64,000 nucleotides of DNA from Balanoglossus misakiensis (Eukaryota > Animalia > Hemichordata). The translations under genes were made by a program, and so were the position numbers. Within the stretch, counting starts at the first letter, position 1. Each line of letters opens with the position of its first letter. The notes under the pieces were generated by a model that worked only from the letters and a program-made list of their open reading frames with translations, was not told where the DNA came from and made no database searches. Where the stretch lies: positions 6,584,202 through 6,648,201 of the forward strand of contig CM082588.2 of assembly GCA_040954595.2 (NCBI GenBank), given 5' to 3'. Below, piece by piece: positions 30,801 to 44,127 of the stretch.

Positions 30801-33800
30801 TAATAAATGCTGGAGTGTTTACTGTTTTTCTTATTTGGAACAGGACGTGACAATCATATCCCTGGGCTCAACGATGCAGTTGGAGATACCGCCAAATGCA
30901 TTGACAAAAGAACTGTACGTCACAGCAAAGGCGGTTGCCAACCCACCGAATCCTATGACCCTATCTGACCACGAAGTTCCCATGAGTGACTACATCGAGT
31001 TGGGTCCCAGCGGTTACCCTCTGAGGAAGCCCATGACTGTTGCCTTTGAGGTGGACGAAGATGTGTTGGCTGACAAGACACGGGAGGTTGTTGTCAGGGC
31101 CAAAGAGGGTGACGGAGAGAAGGATCTGAAGACGTGGACGGTACGTCGCTGGGGTGTTGCCTAAATTATTATTGTTGTTGTTGTTGTTGTTGGTGTTGGT
31201 GGTGGTGGTGGTGGTGGTGGTGGTGGTGGTGGTGGTGGTGGTGGTGGTGGTGGTGGTGGTGGTGGTGGTGGTGGTGGTGGTGGTGGTGGTGGTGGTGGTG
31301 GTGATGATGATGATGATGATGATGTTTTTTTCTCTAAAGGAGGGGACTACTGCAAGGGCGGAATTTGACCACTTCACGGCCAACCAAGTCGTCAACAAGC
31401 CGCGCCAGCAGATTTTCACCGTCACCGTCTCTGACATCGAAACCCTGGACATTTCTTGCATCAATAACGACATCTCCGTGTGTTCCCAGGCAACGCGATA
31501 CAACAACAATGGTGTCACTTTCAGCATGCAGGTAATTGCGTTACGTCACAGACAAAGGGGACTTTCCACGATTTCATTAAAGCCCCAATAGCTGCCACTT
31601 TCAGCATATTTTAATCGACGATCAAAAATTTCAACTTCTCATCCTATGTGGACACACGACGCCATTTAGAATTACATGTAGTTAATATTTTACTTGAATT
31701 ATTCATAGACACGTACCATGATAGTTGTGTACTCTTACAATGGGTAACCGAATGAACGGGCGAGGTACGTGGTTCTATGCCAAAGGGACGGGAATGGTGT
31801 ATAGATCAGAAAGGGCTTGGTTAAGACACGTTTTACTTATATAGTGGTAAAGTCTTGCTAGTATTAGCAGTTGTAATAGCACGAGTTGATTGCTGTCATT
31901 TCTGAAATTCAGATTTATATTTATATTTATCCTACAGCTCCACAACGTTGGCAATGACGTGTTGCTGCGATCCTGTCAAGACATAGACGGCCGAGACGGC
32001 TATTTTGGCATGGGGACAATTCTTGACATCAAACTCAGCGTCGAGCTATGCAACAAAGTCTCCTTCAAATTACCTCTGCCGGAGCCGAACAGCGACGACA
32101 GCGGCATGGAGTCGGGTTCGTCCGACGGAGGGAGCGACCCACGAGCGGTGGTTTTGAGAGACCACAACGACGACAAATGGGAGGATATTACCGGTGACGT
32201 CACTCTGAAAATCAACGAGAAATCCGGCTGGGCGAGCTTTGTGGAGAAGAAGATACCGGGGTAAGAGTGGTGAAGTTGTATTACATGCAAAACCTGTGTT
32301 AGTGGCCACCTCTATACTTTCTTGCAGTACCTTTATTGACGTGTCTATAAAGACGTACAGGGGAAGAAAGGGCAGCTAGTGTGCGACGTCTCCTGGCTAC
32401 CTCGGCGGGACCAAGCTCAAGTCCCCGCCGAATTACAGAGACAACGCGCAAAGTCTGTGTCCTTTAAGCAGGCGCGGTATATAACGCATGGGAACAGGGG
32501 AAGGAAGGGTAGTTAGTGTGCGACGTCGACGTCTCCTTGCTACCACGGCGGGACCAAGCTCAAGTCCCCGCCGAATTACAGAGACAATGCGCAAAGTCTG
32601 TGTCCTTTAAGCAGGCGCGGTATATAACGCATGGGAACAGGGGAAGGAAGAGTAGTTAGTGTGCGACGTCTCCTGGCTACCTCGGCGGGACCAAGCTCAA
32701 GTCCCCGCCGAATTACAGAGACAATGCGCAAAGTCTGTGTCCTTTAAGCAGGCGCGGTATATAACGCATGGGAACAGGGGAAGGAAGGGCAGTTAGTGTG
32801 CGACGTCTCCTGGCTACCTCGGCGGGACCAAGCTCAAGTCCCCGCCGAATTACAGAGACAATGCGCAAAGTCTGTGTCCTTTAAGCAGGCTCGGTATATA
32901 ACGCATGGGAACAGGGGGAGGAAGGGTAGTTAGTGTGCGACGTCTCCTGGCTACCTCGGCGGGACCAAGCTCAAGTCCCCGCCGAATTGGAAAGACAAAG
33001 CGCCAAGTCTGTGTCCTGTAAGCAGGCGCGGTATATAACGCATGGGAACAGGGGAAGGAAGGGTAATTAGTGTGCGACGGCTCCTGGCTACCTCGGCGGG
33101 ACCAAGCTCAAGTCCCCGCCGAATTACAAAGACAAAGCGCTAAGTCTGTGTCCTTTAAGCAGGTGCGGTATATAACGCATGGGAACAGGGGAAGGAAGGG
33201 TAGTTAGTGTGCGACGTCTCCTGGCTACCTCGGCGGGACCAAGCTCAAGTCCCCGCCGAATTAGAAAGACAAAGCGCTAAGTCTGTGTCCTTTAAGCAGG
33301 CGCGGTATATAACGCATGGGAACAGGGGAAGGAAGGGCAGTTAGTGTGCGACGTCTCCTGGCTACCTCGGCGGGACCAAGCTCAAGTCCCCGCCGAATTA
33401 CAGCGACAACGCGCAAAGTCTTTGTCCTTTAAGCAGGCGCGGTATATAACGCACGGGAACAGGGGAAGGAAGGGCAGTTAGTGTGCGACGTCTCCTGGCT
33501 ACCTCGGCGGGGCCAAGATCAAGTCCCCGCCGAATTACAGAGACAACGCGCAAAGTCTGTGTCCTTTAAGCAGGCGCGGTATATAACGCATGGGAACAGG
33601 GGAAGGAAGGGTAGTTAGTGTGCGACGTCTCCTGGCTACCTCGGCGGGACCAAGCTCAAGTCCCCGCCGAATTACAGAGACAACGCGCAAAGTCTGTGTC
33701 CTTAAAGCAGGCGCGGTATATAACGCATGGGAACAGGGGAAGGAAGGGCAGTTAGTGTGCGACGTCTCCTGGCTACCTCGGCGGGACCAAGCTCAAGTCC

Positions 33801-36800
33801 CCGCCGAATTACAGAGACAACGCGCAAAGTCTTTGTCCTTTAAGCAGGCGCGGTATATAACGCATGGGAACAGGGGAAGGAAGGGCAGTTAGTGTGCGAC
33901 GTCTCCTGGCTACCTCGGCGGGACCAAGCTCAAGTCCCCGCCGAATTACAGAGACAACGCGCAAAGTCTGTGTCCTTAAAGCAGGCGCGGTATATAACGC
34001 ATGGGAACAGGGGAAGGAAGGGCAGTTAGTGTGCGACGTCTCCTGGCTACCTCGGCGGGACCAAGCTCAAGTCCCCGCCGAATTACAGAGACAACGCGCA
34101 AAGTCTTTGTCCTTTAAGCAGGCGCGGTATATAACGCATGGGAACAGGGGAAGGAAGGGCAGTTAGTGTGCGACGTCTTCTGGCTACCTCGGCGGGACCA
34201 AGCTCAAGTCCCCGCCGAATTACAGAGACAACGCGCAAAGTCTGTGTCCTTTAAGCAGGCGCGGTATATAACGCATGGGAACAGGGGAAGGAAGGGCAGT
34301 TAGTGTGCGACGTCTCATGGCTACCACGGCGGGACCAAGCTCAAGTCCCCGCCGAATTACAGAGACAACGCGCAAAGTCTTTGTCCTTTAAGCAGGCGCG
34401 GTATATAACGCATGGGAACAGGGGAAGGAAGGGCAGTTAGTGTGCGACGTCTCCTGGCTACCTCGGCGGGACCAAGCTCAAGTCCCCGCCGAATTACAGA
34501 GACAGCGCGCAAAGTCTGTGTCCTTTAAGCAGGCGAGGTATATAACGCATGGGAACAGGGGAAGGAAGGGCAGTTAGTGTGCGACGTCTCCTGGCTACCT
34601 CGGCGGGACCAAGCTCAAGTCCCCGCCGAATTACAGAGACAACGCGCAAAGTCTGTGTCCTTTAAGCAGGCGCGGTATATAACGCATGGGAACAGGGGAA
34701 GGAAGGGCAGTTAGTGTGCGACGTCTCCTGGCTACCTCGGCGGGACCAAGCTCAAGTCCCCGCCGAATTACAGAGACAACGCGCAAAGTCTGTGTCCTTT
34801 AAGCAGGCGCGGTATATAACGCATGGGAACAGGGGAAGGAAGGGTAGTTAGTGTGCGACGTCTCCTGGCTACCTCGGCGGGACCAAGCTCAAGTTCCCGC
34901 CGAATTACAGAGACAACGCGCAAAGTCTGTGTCCTTTAAGCAGGCGCGGTATATAACGCATGGGAACAGGGGAAGGAAGGGCAGTTAGTGTGCGACGTCT
35001 CCTGGCTACTTCGGCGGGACCAAGCTCAAGTCCCCGCCGAATTAGAAAGACAAAGCGCTAAGTCTGTGCCCTTTAAGCAGGCGCGGTATGTAACGCATGG
35101 GAACAGGGGAAGGAAGGGCAGTTAGTGTGCGACGTCTCCTGGCTACCTCGGCGGGACCAAGCTCAAGTCCCCGCCGAATTACAGAGACAACGCGCAAAGT
35201 CTGTGTCCTTAAAGCTGGCGCGGTATATAACGCATGGGAACAGGGGAAGGAAGGGCAGTTAGTGTGCGACGTCTCCTGGCTACCTCGGCGGGACCAAGCT
35301 CAAGTCCCCGCCGAATTACAGAGACAACGCGCAAAGTCTGTGTCCTTAAAGCAGGCGCGGTATATAACGCATGGGAACAGGGGAAGGAAGGGTAGTTAGT
35401 GTGCGACGTCTCCTGGCTACCTCGGCGGGACCAAGCTCAAGTCCCCGCCGAATTACAGAGACAACGCGCAAAGTCTGTGTCCTTTAAGCAGGCGCGGTAC
35501 ATAACGCATGGGAACAGGGGAAGGAAGGGCAGTTAGTGTGCGACGTCTCCTGGCTACCTCGGCGGGACCAAGCTCAAGTCAACGCCGAATTACAGAGACA
35601 ACGCGCAAAGTCTGTGTCCTTTAAGCAGGCGCGGTATATAACGCATGGGAACAGGGGAAGGAAGGGTAGTTAGTGTGCGACGTCTCCTGGCTACCTCGGC
35701 GGGACCAAGCTCAAGTCCCCGCCGAATTACAGAGACAACGCGCAAAGTCTGTGTCCTTTAAGCAGGCGCGGTATATAACGCATGGGAACAGGGGAAGGAA
35801 GGGCAGTTAGTGTGCGACGTCTCCTGGCTACCTCGGCGGGACCAAGCTCAAGTCCCCGCCGAATTACAGAGACAACGCGCAAAGTCTGTGTCCTTAAAGC
35901 AGGCGCGGTATATAACGCATGGGAACAGGGGAAGGAAGGGCAGTTAGTGTGCGACGTCTCCTGGCTACCTCGGCGGGACCAAGCTCAAGTCCCCGCCGAA
36001 TTAGACAGACAAAGCGCTAAGTCTGTGTCCTTTAAGCAGGCGCGGTATATAACGCATGGGAACAGGGGAAGGAAGGGCAGTTAGTGTGCGACGTCTCCTG
36101 GCTACCTCGGCGGGACCAAGCTCAAGTCCCCGCCGAATTACAGAGACAACGCGCAAAGTCTGTGTCCTTTAAGCAGGCGCGGTATATAACGCATGGGAAC
36201 AGGGGAAGGAAGAGTAGTTAGTGTGCGACGTCTCCTGGCTACCTCGGCGGGACCAAGCTCAAGTCCCCGCCGAATTACAGAGACAACGCGCAAAGTCTGT
36301 GTCCTTTAAGCAGGCGCGGTATATAACGCATGGGAACAGGGGAAGGAATGGCAGTTAGTGTGCGACGTCTCCTGGCTACCTCGGCGGGACCAAGCTCAAG
36401 TCCCCGCCGAATTACAGAGACAACGCGCAAAGTCTGTGTCCTTAAAGCAGGCGCGGTATGTAACGCATGGGAACAGGGGAAGGAAGGGCAGTTAGTGTGC
36501 GACGTCTCCTGGCTACTTCGGCGGGACCAAGCTCAAGTCCCCGCCGAATTAGAAAGACAAAGCGCTATGTCTGTGCCCTTTAAGCAGGCGCGGTATATAA
36601 CGCATGGGAACAGGGGAAGGAAGGGCAGTTAGTGTGCGACGTCTCCTGGCTACCTCGGCGGGACCAAGCTCAAGTCCCCGCCGAATTACAGAGACAACGC
36701 GCAAAGTCTGTGTCCTTAAAGCAGGCGCGGTATATAACGCATGGGAACAGGGGAAGGAAGGGTAGTTAGTGTGCGACGTCTCCTGGCTACCTCGGCGGGA

Positions 36801-39800
36801 CCAAGCTCAAGTCCCCGCCGAATTACAGAGACAACGCGCAAAGTCTGTGTCCTTTAAGCAGGCGCGGTATATAACGCATGGGAACAGGGGAAGGAAGGGC
36901 AGTTAGTGTGCGACGTCTCCTGGCTACCTCGGCGGGACCAAGCTCAAGTCCCCGCCGAATTACAGAGACAACGCGCAAAGTCTGTGTCCTTTAAGCAGGC
37001 GCGGTATATAACGCATGGGAACAGGGGAAGGAAGGGTAGTTAGTGTGCGACGTCTCCTGGCTACCTCGGCGGGACCAAGCTCAAGTCCCCGCCGAATTAC
37101 AGAGACAACGCGCAAAGTCTGTGTCCTTTAAGCAGGCGCGGTATATAACGCATGGGAACAGGGGAAGGAAGGGCAGTTAGTGTGCGACGTCTCCTGGCTA
37201 CCTCGGCGGGACCAAGCTCAAGTCCCCGCCGAATTACAGAGACAACGCGCAAAGTCTGTGTCCTTAAAGCAGGCACGGTATATAACGCATGGGAACAGGG
37301 GAAGGAAGGGCAATTAGTGTGCGACGTCTCCTGGCTACCTCGGCGGGACCAAGCTCAAGTCCCCGCCGAATTAGAAAGACAAAGCGCTAAGTCTGTGTCC
37401 TTTAAACAGGCGCGGTATATAACGCATGGGAACAGGGGAAGGAAGGGCAGTTAGTGTGCGACGTCTCCTGGCTACCTCGGCGGGACCAAGCTCAAGTCCC
37501 CGCCGAATTACAGAGACAACGCGCAAAGTCTGTGTCCTTTAAGCAGGCGCGGTATATAACGCATGGGAACAGGGGAAGGAAGAGTAGTTAGTGTGCGACG
37601 TCTCCTGGCTACCTCGGCGGGACCAAGCTCAAGTCCCCGCCGAATTACAGAGACAACGCGCAAAGTCTGTGTCCTTTAAGCAGGCGCGGTATATAACGCA
37701 TGGGAACAGGGGAAGGAAGAGTAGTTAGTGTGCGACGTCTCCTGGCTACCTCGGCGGGACCAAGCTCAAGTCCCCGCCGAATTACAGAGACAACGCGCAA
37801 AGTCTGTGTCCTTAAAGCAGGCGCGGTATATAACGCATGGGAACAGGGGAAGGAAGGGTAGTTAGTGTGCGACGTCTCGTGGCTACCTCGGCGGGACCAA
37901 GCTCAAGTCCCCGCCGAATTACAGAGACAACGCGCAAAGTCTGTGTCCTTAAAGCAGGCGCGGTATATAACGCATGGGAACAGGGGAAGGAAGGGCAGTT
38001 AGTGTGCGACGTCTCCTGGCTACCTCGGCGGGACCAAGCTCAAGTCCCCGCCGAATTACAGAGACAACGCGCAAAGTCTGTGTCCTTAAAGCAGGCGCGG
38101 TATATAACGCATGGGAACAGGGGAAGGAAGGGTAGTTAGTGTGCGACGTCTCCTGGCTACCTCGGCGGGACCAAGCTCAAGTCCCCGCCGAATTATAGAG
38201 ACAACGCGCAAAGTCTGTGTCCTTTAAGCAGGCGCGGTATATAACGCATGGGAACAGGGGAAGGAAGAGTAGTTAGTGTGCGACGTCTCCTGGCTACCTC
38301 GGCGGGACCAAGCTCAAGTCCCCGCCGAATTACAGAGACAACGCGCAAAGTCTGTGTCCTTTAAGCAGGCGCGGTATATAACGCATGGGAACAGGGGAAG
38401 GAAGAGTAGTTAGTGTGCGACGTCTCCTGGCTACCTCGGCGGGACCAAGCTCAAGTCCCCGCCGAATTACAGAGACAACGCGCAAAGTCTGTGTCCTTAA
38501 AGCAGGCGCGGTATATAACGCATGGGAACAGGGGAAGGAAGGGTAGTTAGTGTGCGACGTCTCCTGGCTACCTCGGCGGGACCAAGCTCAAGTCCCCGCC
38601 GAATTACAGAGACAACGCGCAAAGTCTGTGTCCTTAAAGCAGGCGCGGTATATAACGCATGGGAACAGGGGAAGGAAGGGCAGTTAGTGTGCGACGTCTC
38701 CTGGCTACCTCGGCGGGACCAAGCTCAAGTCCCCGCCGAATTACAGAGACAACGTGCAAAGTCTGTGTCCTTAAAGCAGGCGCGGTATATAACGCATGGG
38801 AACAGGGGAAGGAAGGGTAGTTAGTGTGCGACGTCTCCTGGCTACCTCGGCGGGACCAAGCTCAAGTCCCCGCCGAATTATAGAGACAACGCGCAAAGTC
38901 TGTGTCCTTTAAGCAGGCGCGGTATATAACGCATGGGAACAGGGGAAGGAAGGGCAGTTAGTGTGCGACGTCTCCTGGCTACCTCGGCGGGACCAAGCTC
39001 AAGTCCCCGCCGAATTACAGAGACAACGCGCAAAGTCTGTGTCCTTAAAGCAGGCGCGGTATATAACGCATGGGAACAGGGGAAGGAAGGGCAGTTAGTG
39101 TGCGACGTCTCCTGGCTACCTCGGCGGGACCAAGCTCAAGTCCCCGCCGAATTACAGAGACAGCGCGCAAAGTCTTTGTCCTTTAAGCAGGCGCGGTATA
39201 TAACGCATGGGAACAGGGGAAGGAAGAGTAGTTAGTGTGCGACGTCTCCTGGCTACCTCGGCGGGACCAAGCTCAAGTCCCCGCCGAATTACAGAGACAA
39301 CGCGCAAAGTCTGTGTCCTTAAAGCAGGCGCGGTATATAACGCATGGGAACAGGGGAAGGAAGGGCAGTTAGTGTGCGACGTCTCCTGGCTACCTCGGCG
39401 GGACCAAGCTCAAGTCCCCGCCGAATTACAGAGACAACGTGCAAAGTCTGTGTCCTTTAAGCAGGCGCGGTATATAACGCATGGGAACAGGGGAAGGAAG
39501 AGTAGTTAGTGTGCGACGTCTCCTGGCTACCTCGGCGGGACCAAGCTCAAGTCCCCGCCGAATTACAGAGACAACGCGCAAAGTCTGTGTCCTTTAAGCA
39601 GGCGCGGTATATAACGCATGGGAACAGGGGAAGGAAGAGTAGTTAGTGTGCGACGTCTCCTGGCTACCTCGGCGGGACCAAGCTCAAGTCCCCGCCGAAT
39701 TACAGAGACAACGCGCAAAGTCTGTGTCCTTAAAGCAGGCGCGGTATATAACGCATGGGAACAGGGGAAGGAAGGGTAGTTAGTGTGCGACGTCTCCTGG

Positions 39801-42800
39801 CTACCTCGGCGGGACCAAGCTCAAGTCCCCGCCGAATTACAGAGACAACGCGCAAAGTCTGTGTCCTTTAAGCAGGCGCGGTATATAACGCATGGGAACA
39901 GGGGAAGGAAGAGTAGTTAGTGTGCGACGTCTCCTGGCTACCTCGGCGGGACCAAGCTCAAGTCCCCGCCGAATTACAGAGACAACGCGCAAAGTCTGTG
40001 TCCTTAAAGCAGGCGCGGTATATAACGCATGGGAACAGGGGAAGGAAGGGTAGTTAGTGTGCGACGTCTCCTGGCTACCTCGGTGGGACCAAGCTCAAGT
40101 CCCCGCCGAATTACAGAGACAACGCGCAAAGTCTGTGTCCTTAAAGCAGGCGCGGTATATAACGCATGGGAACAGGGGAAGGAAGGGCAGTTAGTGTGCG
40201 ACGTCTCCTGGCTACCTCGGCGGGACCAAGCTCAAGTCCCCGCCGAATTACAGAGACAACGTGCAAAGTCTGTGTCCTTAAAGCAGGCGCGGTATATAAC
40301 GCATGGGAACAGGGGAAGGAAGGGTAGTTAGTGTGCGACGTCTCCTGGCTACCTCGGCGGGACCAAGCTCAAGTCCCCGCCGAATTATAGAGACAACGCG
40401 CAAAGTCTGTGTCCTTTAAGCAGGCGCGGTATATAACGCATGGGAACAGGGGAAGGAAGGGCAGTTAGTGTGCGACGTCTCCTGGCTACCTCGGCGGGAC
40501 CAAGCTCAAGTCCCCGCCGAATTACAGAGACAACGCGCAAAGTCTGTGTCCTTAAAGCAGGCGCGGTATATAACGCATGGGAACAGGGGAAGGAAGGGCA
40601 GTTAGTGTGCGACGTCTCCTGGCTACCTCGGCGGGACCAAGCTCAAGTCCCCGCCGAATTACAGAGACAACGCGCAAAGTCTTTGTCCTTTAAGCAGGCG
40701 CGGTATATAACGCATGGGAACAGGGGAAGGAAGAGTAGTTAGTGTGCGACGTCTCCTGGCTACCTCGGCGGGACCAAGCTCAAGTCCCCGCCGAATTACA
40801 GAGACAACGCGCAAAGTCTGTGTCCTTAAAGCAGGCGCGGTATATAACGCATGGGAACAGGGGAAGGAAGGGCAGTTAGTGTGCGACGTCTCCTGGCTAC
40901 CTCGGCGGGACCAAGCTCAAGTCCCCGCCGAATTACAGAGACAACGTGCAAAGTCTGTGTCCTTAAAGCAGGCGCGGTATATAACGCATGGGAACAGGGG
41001 AAGGAAGGGTAGTTAGTGTGCGACGTCTCCTGGCTACCTCGGCGGGACCAAGCTCAAGTCCCCGCCGAATTATAGAGACAACGCGCAAAGTCTGTGTCCT
41101 TTAAGCAGGCGCGGTATATAACGCATGGGAACAGGGGAAGGAAGAGTAGTTAGTGTGCGACGTCTCCTGGCTACCTCGGCGGGACCAAGCTCAAGTCCCC
41201 GCCGAATTACAGAGACAACGCGCAAAGTCTGTGTCCTTTAAGCAGGCGCGGTATATAACGCATGGGAACAGGGGAAGGAAGGGTAGTTAGTGTGCGACGT
41301 CTCCTGGCTACCTCGGCGGGACCAAGCTCAAGTCCCCGCCGAATTATAGAGACAACGCGCAAAGTCTGTGTCCTTTAAGCAGGCGCGGTATATAACGCAT
41401 GGGAACAGGGGAAGGAAGGGCAGTTAGTGTGCGACGTCTCCTGGCTACCTCGGCGGGACCAAGCTCAAGTCCCCGCCGAATTACAGAGACAACGCGCAAA
41501 GTCTGTGTCCTTAAAGCAGGCGCGGTATATAACGCATGGGAACAGGGGAAGGAAGGGCAGTTAGTGTGCGACGTCTCCTGGCTACCTCGGCGGGACCAAG
41601 CTCAAGTCCCCGCCGAATTACAGAGACAACGCGCAAAGTCTTTGTCCTTTAAGCAGGCGCGGTATATAACGCATGGGAACAGGGGAAGGAAGAGTAGTTA
41701 GTGTGCGACGTCTCCTGGCTACCTCGGCGGGACCAAGCTCAAGTCCCCGCCGAATTACAGAGACAACGCGCAAAGTCTGTGTCCTTAAAGCAGGCGCGGT
41801 ATATAACGCATGGGAACAGGGGAAGGAAGGGCAGTTAGTGTGCGACGTCTCCTGGCTACCTCGGCGGGACCAAGCTCAAGTCCCCGCCGAATTACAGAGA
41901 CAACGTGCAAAGTCTGTGTCCTTAAAGCAGGCGCGGTATATAACGCATGGGAACAGGGGAAGGAAGGGTAGTTAGTGTGCGACGTCTCCTGGCTACCTCG
42001 GCGGGACCAAGCTCAAGTCCCCGCCGAATTATAGAGACAACGCGCAAAGTCTGTGTCCTTTAAGCAGGCGCGGTATATAACGCATGGGAACAGGGGAAGG
42101 AAGGGCAGTTAGTGTGCGACGTCTTCTGGCTACCTCGGCGGGACCAAGCTCAAGTCCCCGCCGAATTACAGAGACAACGCGCAAAGTCTGTGTCTGTGTT
42201 TAAGCAGGCGCGGTATATAACGCATGGGAACATGACCACCTGTATATAAAGGCCAGTTTAGGAAAGTCCTTGACTGGCCACTATAGACAGGTTTGACTGT
42301 TCATCCAATTTTGTAGCCAGATGCATTGATTGGCACACATTTGGTATTAAATTAGAGTGTTAATATTGGCCTATGCTATTTTTTAAATGTGGTGAAGTTT
42401 GTTACATGCGTGATTGTTTTTAGTCATATTTCTCGTACAAAGATGTTGAAATCTACCGACAAAACATGCATTGTCATAAAAGCTGTGTGTACCAGAACTT
42501 TGCTTTCTCGTGAATATTTTACTTGAAAACCAGGAAACCAGTTGGTGGCATTGTTGAAAAATTGATTTACTGACGTCAAATCGTATCCGGTCGTGATCAT
42601 TCGACAGTAACAGGTCAGGTCAGATCAGAAGATCAGATGAGATTATTAAGTGTCGAACTTCTTCTTTTCTTGTACAGACTCCGCTGTCGTTACGTTGTGG
42701 TTGTGGCTGAACGATGGCTGAACGTGGAGGAGATCGCGAACGAGGCCAGCAGACTGGCGAGAAAGGGGTTGAAACTTGCAAACTTCATCCTGCTGCAGGA

Positions 42801-44093
42801 CAAGAAGAACCCCCAGTGCATATACATCGACTGCGTGACCAAGGATAAGACCATGAGCACTGTTGAAAATGCGAAATCTGAAGGCTATTGCTCTCTGATT
42901 GGTAGACCGGTCTCACGTGACGTTGATCTGGTCGAGGGCCAAGAAGTCCGAATCGAAATACAAGATGAAGGCGTTTCCATGATCGGTGCAGATCAATTGA
43001 TGTTCAATTCTCGCATTCAGAGCAGCGAGCAAGTGGTCGTGACTATTGATGAGTCAAAGGACATGCGCAAAGACTTCACAGGGATGGTGGATTTCTGGCG
43101 GGACTACAGAAACAAATTCACAAGTTTGCCATTCAAAATTCCGAAAGAGGTAATTTTATAGGTTCAGTTACCTTAATCTTGTCTGTGACGACAGTGTCCG
43201 CATCCACATACAATTGCTTAATATTTTCCTGTGTTGTCTTTCCCCGAAGCCTTGTTCTGGCCTGGTGGAGGAAGACCCAGAAGAGAGACCAAAAGTGGCA
43301 ACTCCGTATTCTCGGTCAAATGGTCAGTACATACATCCACACTATGTTCAATTTTACCTAGAAGCATAATAAACTTGGCGCGTAAACTCTAATATTTCCA
43401 GGCAACATTGACAATATGAAATAAAGACAGCATCTTGTCTGTTTTTCTCATGACTGCAAACTATGGACCTACTATGCAGGCAATAAGATACAGGGAAAAC
43501 CAAGGGCATAGCGATGGCATATAGTGGTCACAAATATGATTCTATAGCGTTTGTTGCTCTGGTGTTCAATTATATTTGTCGTCTATCTGTAGATATCGAC
43601 AAGGCTATTGACGTGTTAGTGAACAAGCTCAGTCCCAAACGAGGATGGAAACCGCTCGCCAGGAAACTGGGCCTCAAAGATCCCAGTCTGGAAGCCATCG
43701 AACATGACAACAGCGACGCGCGCGAACAAATCTACCAAATGTTCGCCGAGTGGAAGATGAAACGAGGAAAGAAGGCGACAGTCGAAGTGTTGGTCGGCGC
43801 TTTGAAAAACTTGGAAATGAACAGACTGGCCGAAGAGATCCAACAATTTAGTATGTATAGCAACGCATCAACGAGTATTTCTAATGATTGCCTGTTTTGA
43901 GATTTGAAGAAAAAATCTAAAATAGAAACTGGAACTTATGACTAGCACGCCTTTGTTTGGAGCATCCCCACCAATTATTTTTTTATAATACTAGGCCAAC
44001 TTAAAACAGCTAGTTCGGTATGTTAAATTCAACGACAAACTCGCATGCAGACAGACAGTCAGACAGACAGACAGACAATAAGTCAGTCAGTCA

Positions 44094-44127
<34 letters not shown>

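Noticed and set aside
33590-41975. Repeated 100-aa ORFs (MGTGEGR...)
   Set aside because: By-products of a 137-bp unit (not a multiple of 3) that appear only where point variants remove stops; they lie inside an intron whose flanking exons join in phase.
32357-42232. CRISPR array
   Set aside because: Units are full-length near-identical 137-mers with no unique spacers; the context is a eukaryotic intron and no cas genes are present.
32357-42232. Self-cleaving ribozyme (retrozyme-type hammerhead or HDV-like) in the repeat unit
   Set aside because: No CUGANGA/GAAA core on either strand. An HDV-like P1 (GGGUAGU/GCUACCU) and CGAA are present, but P3/L3/P1.1 do not fit and common variants break P1 without compensation.
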